A stretch of DNA of 64,000 nucleotides from positions 1,536,001 through 1,600,000 of the forward strand of contig OY970280.1 in NCBI GenBank assembly GCA_963715865.1, written 5' to 3'. The notes beneath the pieces are model-generated. The model made no database searches and was not told the DNA's origin. It saw only the letters and a list, made by a program, of their open reading frames with translations. Position numbers and translations under genes: made by a program. This document shows positions 58,742 through 64,000 of this stretch, piece after piece. Origin of the DNA: Candidatus Bathyarchaeota archaeon. Its GTDB lineage: Archaea > Thermoproteota > Bathyarchaeia > Bathyarchaeales > Bathycorpusculaceae. The first letter of the stretch is position 1. Each line of letters starts with the position of its first letter.

Positions 58742-60031
58742 TTGCAGGTTTTCGTTAGAAGCTTTGGCTGTTCGGCGAATATGGCTGATGGCGAGGTTTT
58801 GGCAGGTTGCCTAGCTCAAGCTGGCTTCCAACTAGCAGCTTCAGAAGCTGCGGCTGACCTGTTGGTTTACAATACTTGCGCCGTTAAGGGTCCAACAGAG
58901 AACCGCATTATTGACGCTTTAAAGCGTGCGCCAAAGGGCAAGAAGCTTGTTGTTGCGGGCTGTTTGCCGATGATCAGCTTTGAGCGGTTGCTACGTGAGG
59001 TGCGTTTTGACGGCGCGGTTGGTCCTGCGGTTGGAAAAGGAATTGTGGATGTTGTTTCGCGTGTTTTGGCTGGCGAGAAAGCTGTTGAACTGGCAGGTTT
59101 GGACGCCAAGCCGAAACTTGATCTTCCAAGAGTTAAGTCTAATCCAGTCATTAGCGTTGTTCCAGTGAATTATGGTTGCTTAGGTTCCTGCGCATATTGC
59201 TGCGTTGTTTTTGCGCGTGGTCACTTGCGAAGCTACAGCATCAAAGAAGTTGCTGAGCGCGTGCAGAGCGATTTTGCTGCTGGCGCCAGAGAGTTTTGGG
59301 TTACTTCTCAAGATACAGCCTGTTACGGAAGAGATTTGGGCAGTAACCTTGCGGAGTTGCTGGAAGTGCTTGGTGGTTTAGCTGGTGATTTTAAGGTTCG
59401 GGTTGGCATGATGACGCCGAACATGGTGACCGACATGCAGGATAAGCTGATTAGCGCTTTTAGGAGTGATAAAGTGTTCAAGTTTTTGCATTTGCCAGTG
59501 CAAAGCGGCGACGACGAAACGCTGAAACGTATGCGCAGGTTTTACACGGCAGAGCAATTCAAGAGCATTGTGGATGCGTTTAGGGCTGAATTTCCTGACT
59601 TGACACTTGCCACTGACATCATTGTTGGTTTTCCAGGTGAAACGGCTGAAGCTTTCGAGAAGACGCTTAAGCTCTTAGAGGAAGTTAAGCCTGATGTAGT
59701 TAATGTTTCAAAGTTTTTCGCTAGACCCAAAACTGCAGCTGCAAAAATGCAGGATTGCTTTGTTGAACTGGGTGAGATTAAGCGCAGAAGCACCATTGCG
59801 GCGAAGCTGGCTAAGCGGATTTCTCTGGAGCAGAATAAACGTTGGGTCGGCTGGGTTGGAGAAGTGCTTGTTGACGAGAAGGGAAAAGTGGAAGGCTCAT
59901 GGGTGGGACGCAACTTCGCCTACAAACCAATCGCCATCAAAAGCGCAGATGATCTGCTGGGTAAAACGGTGAGGGTTAAGGTTGCGTCGGCTGCTGAAAC
60001 GTACCTTAAAGGAACAATAGTTGGAAGATAG
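58742..60031 (+). CDS. Archaeal MiaB-like tRNA methylthiotransferase (t6A37 MtaB type)
   Basis: SFGCSAN, YNTCAVK, AGCL, GCLGSCAYC, HLPVQSG, DIIVGFPGET, C-terminal TRAM domain; probable TTG start at 58742. Confidence 0.9.
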   Translation: MQVFVRSFGCSANMADGEVLAGCLAQAGFQLAASEAAADLLVYNTCAVKGPTENRIIDALKRAPKGKKLVVAGCLPMISFERLLREVRFDGAVGPAVGKGIVDVVSRVLAGEKAVELAGLDAKPKLDLPRVKSNPVISVVPVNYGCLGSCAYCCVVFARGHLRSYSIKEVAERVQSDFAAGAREFWVTSQDTACYGRDLGSNLAELLEVLGGLAGDFKVRVGMMTPNMVTDMQDKLISAFRSDKVFKFLHLPVQSGDDETLKRMRRFYTAEQFKSIVDAFRAEFPDLTLATDIIVGFPGETAEAFEKTLKLLEEVKPDVVNVSKFFARPKTAAAKMQDCFVELGEIKRRSTIAAKLAKRISLEQNKRWVGWVGEVLVDEKGKVEGSWVGRNFAYKPIAIKSADDLLGKTVRVKVASAAETYLKGTIVGR

Positions 60032-60071
60032 CTGTTAAAAAGATTATTAGCACCCTTTAAGGGGGGCTAGA

Positions 60072-60920
60072 TTAAGTGTTCTTTTCATTATAGTCTTTTA
60101 ATAGTTTAATGAGTTCTTCTTTTCCTTCAGTGGTTGTTATGGGTACTTGACTAATGAATCCAAGAGATTTTAGTTCTGTAAACAGTTTAACGATGGTAGG
60201 TAGTTCTAAACCTGAGGATTCAAGAAGTTTTGCGTCTTGCAGAACCTTGTGTATTTCGCCTTCGCCAAACAGTGAACCATGACTAATCACAATTATTCTT
60301 TCCGCTAGCTCAGGCAACGCTTCTACATCATGCGTTGAGACGATTATGGTTGTGCCTGCCCTGTTCAATTCATTTAACGTTTCTATTAAGCCTCTTCTGG
60401 AAACAAGGTCCAAATTCGCCGTGGGTTCATCGAGAATAAGCAGTTCCGGTTTCAAAACTAAAGCTGTGGCTAATGAAACTTTTTTCTTCTCCCCAAAGCT
60501 CAACCTGTGTGGAGGACGATTTTTCAAATGTTGGATGCCCATTTTTTCAAGAACATGGTCGCTTCTTTGTTTGATATCTTCTTCAGGAAGCTTAAGGTTA
60601 CGGGGGCCATATTCAATATCTTCGATTACGCTTTGAGTAAATAATTGGTCATCTGGGTCTTGGAAAACTATGCCTATTCTTGACCTGAATTTCTGGAAAA
60701 ACTTTGAGGTGGTTTTTTCGCCGAATACGCTTATTTCTCCTTTTTTGGGCGTCAATAAACCAGCTATTAAGAGTATTAGTGTTGATTTTCCAGAGCCGTT
60801 TGGACCTATTATTGCTACTCTTTCTCCCTGGCGAACTTCAAGTGAGACACCGTTTATGGCACTGACGCCTGCTGGATAACTAAACTTAACTTCTTTCACC
60901 GAGACAATGGGCTCTGCCAT
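60072..60920 (-). CDS. cbiO: Ni/Co ECF transporter ATPase
   Basis: GPNGSGKST, FQDPDDQLF, LSFGEKKK, LDEPTANLD. Confidence 0.9.
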   Translation of the reverse strand: MAEPIVSVKEVKFSYPAGVSAINGVSLEVRQGERVAIIGPNGSGKSTLILLIAGLLTPKKGEISVFGEKTTSKFFQKFRSRIGIVFQDPDDQLFTQSVIEDIEYGPRNLKLPEEDIKQRSDHVLEKMGIQHLKNRPPHRLSFGEKKKVSLATALVLKPELLILDEPTANLDLVSRRGLIETLNELNRAGTTIIVSTHDVEALPELAERIIVISHGSLFGEGEIHKVLQDAKLLESSGLELPTIVKLFTELKSLGFISQVPITTTEGKEELIKLLKDYNEKNT

Positions 60921-60931
60921 AGATTGACCTT

Positions 60932-61750
60932 CTATAACCACGCAAGTAACGCAAAAGCGATTATTATTGATGATGCAAAAAATACGTCCCTCAGTCGGAA
61001 TGCGGGTATTGTTAATTTATTGTCATTTTCTATTGCGAACCCGCGTGATTTCATTGCCAAGTAAACTCTTTCGGAACGCTCATAAGTGCGAATGAACAAT
61101 GCAGCAAGAATAGATCCCAGATCTTTTAAAGCTTGATAATTTATTGTTCGCCTGTTCACGTATGTTCGGGCTTCTTTAGCTATTAAGAAACTCTGCGCTT
61201 CATGTACGGATACAAAGAAATAGCGGTATGTGAGGCTAAACATTTGCACGACCACCGGAGGAACTTTCATCGAAGAAAGCAACTTTAGCATTTTATCAAA
61301 GCCTGTGGAGAGTATTAGAAGACTCAAAGATGCTACACAGAACCACACTCGAACGGAAAATACTAGAAAGCGCACTAAGCCTTCTGTGGTAACTGCCAAA
61401 TTTAAAATACCTATATTTGTTGCAAAGATTGGGTGACCCGGAGTTATGAATAATACTGGCAGAGAAATTAATGCTGCAAAGGCTGGAATGAACACGGTTC
61501 TTGAAATAAAATGTTTTAGCGGAATCTTTGATGCCAGAGCCAAAATGAATGGAATTATACAGATTAAAGCCAAGTATGAAAGGGAGAAGATGAATAGGGA
61601 AGACACTATCATGAAGACTATGACGACCAGTTTGGCCAACGGATTTATGTCTTGCAGTAGACCGCGTTTGCCGCTTAAGTCTTCAATGTATACTAACGAC
61701 TCCGAGCTTTCAACTAAATCTCTTAAGGATTGGGGTACTTTCATATGCAT
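60932..61750 (-). CDS. cbiQ: Ni/Co ECF transporter T component
   Basis: INPLAKL, LTYRYF, RTYERSERVYLAMKSRG. Confidence 0.9.
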   Translation of the reverse strand: MHMKVPQSLRDLVESSESLVYIEDLSGKRGLLQDINPLAKLVVIVFMIVSSLFIFSLSYLALICIIPFILALASKIPLKHFISRTVFIPAFAALISLPVLFITPGHPIFATNIGILNLAVTTEGLVRFLVFSVRVWFCVASLSLLILSTGFDKMLKLLSSMKVPPVVVQMFSLTYRYFFVSVHEAQSFLIAKEARTYVNRRTINYQALKDLGSILAALFIRTYERSERVYLAMKSRGFAIENDNKLTIPAFRLRDVFFASSIIIAFALLAWL

Positions 61751-62055
61751 TAACTCTTTTTCTTCCGCATGAGTTTAGCCACTGTTAAACCCATAACGAA
61801 TAATAGCAAAGTCCCGACAACGCCAACAATGAGAGCGCCCCACACATTCTCTAACCCTGGAATGTTATAATCTGCAAACGGAGGGTTATACACAGGCTTT
61901 TCGTCTACCCCGAGTTTTCCAGCTTGCTTGTCCAAGGTCTCAAACGAGTAAGACAATACAAAGACACCGACTAGGACAAAGATCATAGCTACTGCTATTC
62001 CAATTATGATTGTTTTCTGAGTGGGGTTTTTGTTGATTGTTGCCAAGTTTTTCAC
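61750..62055 (-). CDS. PDGLE-domain (NikN/CbiN-like) accessory subunit
   Basis: ETLDKQA, PPFADYNIPG, two TM helices; between the M and Q genes. Confidence 0.8.
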   Translation of the reverse strand: MKNLATINKNPTQKTIIIGIAVAMIFVLVGVFVLSYSFETLDKQAGKLGVDEKPVYNPPFADYNIPGLENVWGALIVGVVGTLLLFVMGLTVAKLMRKKKS

Positions 62056-62056
62056 T

Positions 62057-62743
62057 TCACTCTTCAGTCTCTTTCTTGTTTTGAAAAACAGAGAGCCGTT
62101 TCAGGATAGGGCTTTGCTCCAAGACGTCTGGCCGTAATTTCAGGAGTGCTCCTACCAGAATCATAGTGACGATACCCTCTGCAACGCCTATGATTGAATG
62201 GTTGATTGCCATGGCTGGTACAGCTACACTTAATCCATACTGGAAGACCGGTTGAGAAAGACCCAATTCTGTGCCTGCTGCAATAGCAGCGAGTACGTCA
62301 CCTGCGAATGCTGAAACGAAAATTATAGCGTACAATTTTTTGCCTTTTGACCCAACTACTTTGTTGAGGATTAAGAACAGCGCACAGGGCACCAATACGC
62401 CGATTATGCCCATGTTTAAGACGTTTGCTCCAAGAGTGGTTAGTCCGCCGTCGCCGAAAAGAAACGCTTGTAAGACTAGTATTATTGTTATGGAGATGCC
62501 GCCTGCGAAAGGTCCAAGGATTAGGCCCATTGAGGCTCCGCCGAGCAGGTGAGCGGTGGTTCCGCCGACGACAGGGTAATTCATCATCATCGCTGCAAAG
62601 AAGAGAGCGGTTAAGAGACCCATTATGGGCACTTGTTTTTCGGTGAGTTTGACTTTTTTGAGGCATATTGCCCAAAAAATAATAGTTATTACGAATGCTG
62701 GTACGAAGACGTACGGGGTTAGGTAGCCATCAGGGATGTGCAT
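62057..62743 (-). CDS. cbiM: Ni/Co ECF transporter S component
   Basis: MHIPDGYL, GGTTAHLLG, FLFGDGGLTTLGANVLNMG, HSIIGVAEG. Confidence 0.93.
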   Translation of the reverse strand: MHIPDGYLTPYVFVPAFVITIIFWAICLKKVKLTEKQVPIMGLLTALFFAAMMMNYPVVGGTTAHLLGGASMGLILGPFAGGISITIILVLQAFLFGDGGLTTLGANVLNMGIIGVLVPCALFLILNKVVGSKGKKLYAIIFVSAFAGDVLAAIAAGTELGLSQPVFQYGLSVAVPAMAINHSIIGVAEGIVTMILVGALLKLRPDVLEQSPILKRLSVFQNKKETEE

Positions 62744-62765
62744 ATTTTTTCCAATCTCCTTCTCG

Positions 62766-62793
62766 GTAACACCTTTTTTAAGAGGGGTGTTAC
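62766..62793. promoter_or_regulatory. Palindromic operator GTAACA-N16-TGTTAC upstream of cbiM (NikR geometry)
   Basis: GTAACACC (62766-62773) / GGTGTTAC (62786-62793); extra GTGTTAC copies at 62804-62810 and 62825-62831. Confidence 0.65.
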
Positions 62794-62833
62794 TTAAATA
62801 TAAGTGTTACCTTTTTAACAAATCGTGTTACTT

Positions 62834-63079
62834 ATGTGGGAACTCGAAAACGACAACCAACCACCCAGAAAAGCCTTCAAGCAAAGAGAACTCGAACGCA
62901 TATTCGAAGGAATCGAAGATGAAATCGCCATAATAACTGCAAGTGCAAAGTTCAATTTTACAACATGCAAAACAGACAAAAAAACCCTGAAGCTCACACT
63001 CGCTTATATCGAAGACACAAAGAAACTAGTTGGATTATTGAAAAACCGTGTAAACCTGCTGATGGACGCCACAAGTTAA
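62834..63079 (+). CDS. Small hypothetical protein
   Basis: 81-aa helical ORF from ATG 62834, divergent from cbiM. Confidence 0.5.
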   Translation: MWELENDNQPPRKAFKQRELERIFEGIEDEIAIITASAKFNFTTCKTDKKTLKLTLAYIEDTKKLVGLLKNRVNLLMDATS

Positions 63080-63086
63080 CAGTCAT

Positions 63087-63869
63087 CTAGCTTCTAAACT
63101 TGGCGGCACGATTAGCAATCAACGTAGCCATCGCACCAGCAGCAACTCCAGCGTCAATGTTAACAACCGCCAAACCCAATGAACATGATTGAAGCATAGC
63201 CATTAATGCGCTTACTCCTTTTTCGCCAAAACCGTAACTATTAGAAGTTGGAACCGCAATCACTGGAACGTCAACCAGCCCAGCAACCACAGAAGCCAGT
63301 GCACCTTCCCTGCCAGCTACAACAACAATAACGTCAACATCATTCGATAGGAGCTCTTTTAAGGGTTCAAGCAACCTGTGAATTCCAGCAACACCAACAT
63401 CGTAAGTGGAGAAAACACTGCAACCCATCTCTTCAGCGATAACTTTGGCTTCTTCAGCCACGGGGATATCTGAAGTTCCAGCCGTTAAAATCCCAATTTT
63501 TCCACCACCAGAGTTAGTGACAAAACTTTTCTTTTTGATTACAACCATTCTGGCTTTATCATTTATTTCAAACAGAACATCACTGGAGGGCATTTCTTTA
63601 ATTGCCTGGATATGTTCCTTTGTGCATCTGCTCACTACGACTCTTCCATTTTTAGCCAGCATTCTATTGGATATTTCTGCTACATCACTTGCTGATTTGC
63701 CTTCAGCCAAAATAATCTCCGGGATACCCTTCCTCAATTCCCTATTGTCATCAAGCTTCGCTAAACATCCAAGTTCATCAATGGCAAGCAGCTTTAACAG
63801 TTTTTCCGCTTCAGCAGGCGAAATCTCGTTCTTAGCAACCTTTTCCAGAACTTCTCTTAACGAATACAT
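63087..63869 (-). CDS. larB: Nickel-pincer cofactor biosynthesis protein LarB
   Basis: RELRKGIPEIILAEGK, TAGTSDIPVAEEA, DVGVAGIHRL, VAGREGAL, PTSNSYG, NIDAG. Confidence 0.9.
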   Translation of the reverse strand: MYSLREVLEKVAKNEISPAEAEKLLKLLAIDELGCLAKLDDNRELRKGIPEIILAEGKSASDVAEISNRMLAKNGRVVVSRCTKEHIQAIKEMPSSDVLFEINDKARMVVIKKKSFVTNSGGGKIGILTAGTSDIPVAEEAKVIAEEMGCSVFSTYDVGVAGIHRLLEPLKELLSNDVDVIVVVAGREGALASVVAGLVDVPVIAVPTSNSYGFGEKGVSALMAMLQSCSLGLAVVNIDAGVAAGAMATLIANRAAKFRS

Positions 63870-63941
63870 AAACAGACATATTTAAAAAAACGATTATATA
63901 ATATATCTATTATGCTTGCTTGGAAAAACTAAATTTTAGTG

Positions 63942-64000
63942 ATGAATATGTTTGAGACCAACAAAATACTTGTAATTGATTGTCAAGCTTCTGGCATTGC
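63942..64000 (+). CDS. larC: Start of a probable LarC nickel insertase (partial, runs off the window)
   Basis: MNMFETNKILVIDCQASGIA resembles the LarC N-terminus (xDC.xGIxGDM); divergent from larB; only about 19 codons visible. Confidence 0.5.
   Translation, partial: MNMFETNKILVIDCQASGI

Overview
Archaeal chromosomal window, most likely class Bathyarchaeia (inferred from the archaeal 16S rRNA gene and the gene content: pantoate kinase, archaeal CoaD, Sm protein with rpl37e, AbrB-PhoU regulator). It is mostly housekeeping: CoA synthesis, Pst phosphate uptake, MetY/MetX/MetW, AguB/AguA, a CbiMNQO-type metal importer with LarB/LarC, and tRNA modification enzymes. It also holds a stand-alone 16S gene, tRNA-Gln(CTG), tRNA-Arg(TCT), two toxin-antitoxin-type pairs, and a decayed integrative element at tRNA-Arg whose integrase is split by a complete IS481-family element. 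The most striking region is 1-6.8 kb: two very different tubulin/FtsZ-superfamily genes (one with an intact GTPase signature and a very long helical insertion, one degenerate) flanked by two membrane proteins. One of those membrane proteins is in frame with the large tubulin-like gene across a single TGA. Other notable signals are probable near-cognate start codons (ATA, CTG, ACG) in three pst genes, a HEPN gene broken at an A-AAA-AAT slippery site followed by a stem-loop, a 6-16-6 NikR-geometry operator, and several small ORFs missing from the supplied track. All family calls come from motif recognition by eye; no searches were run.
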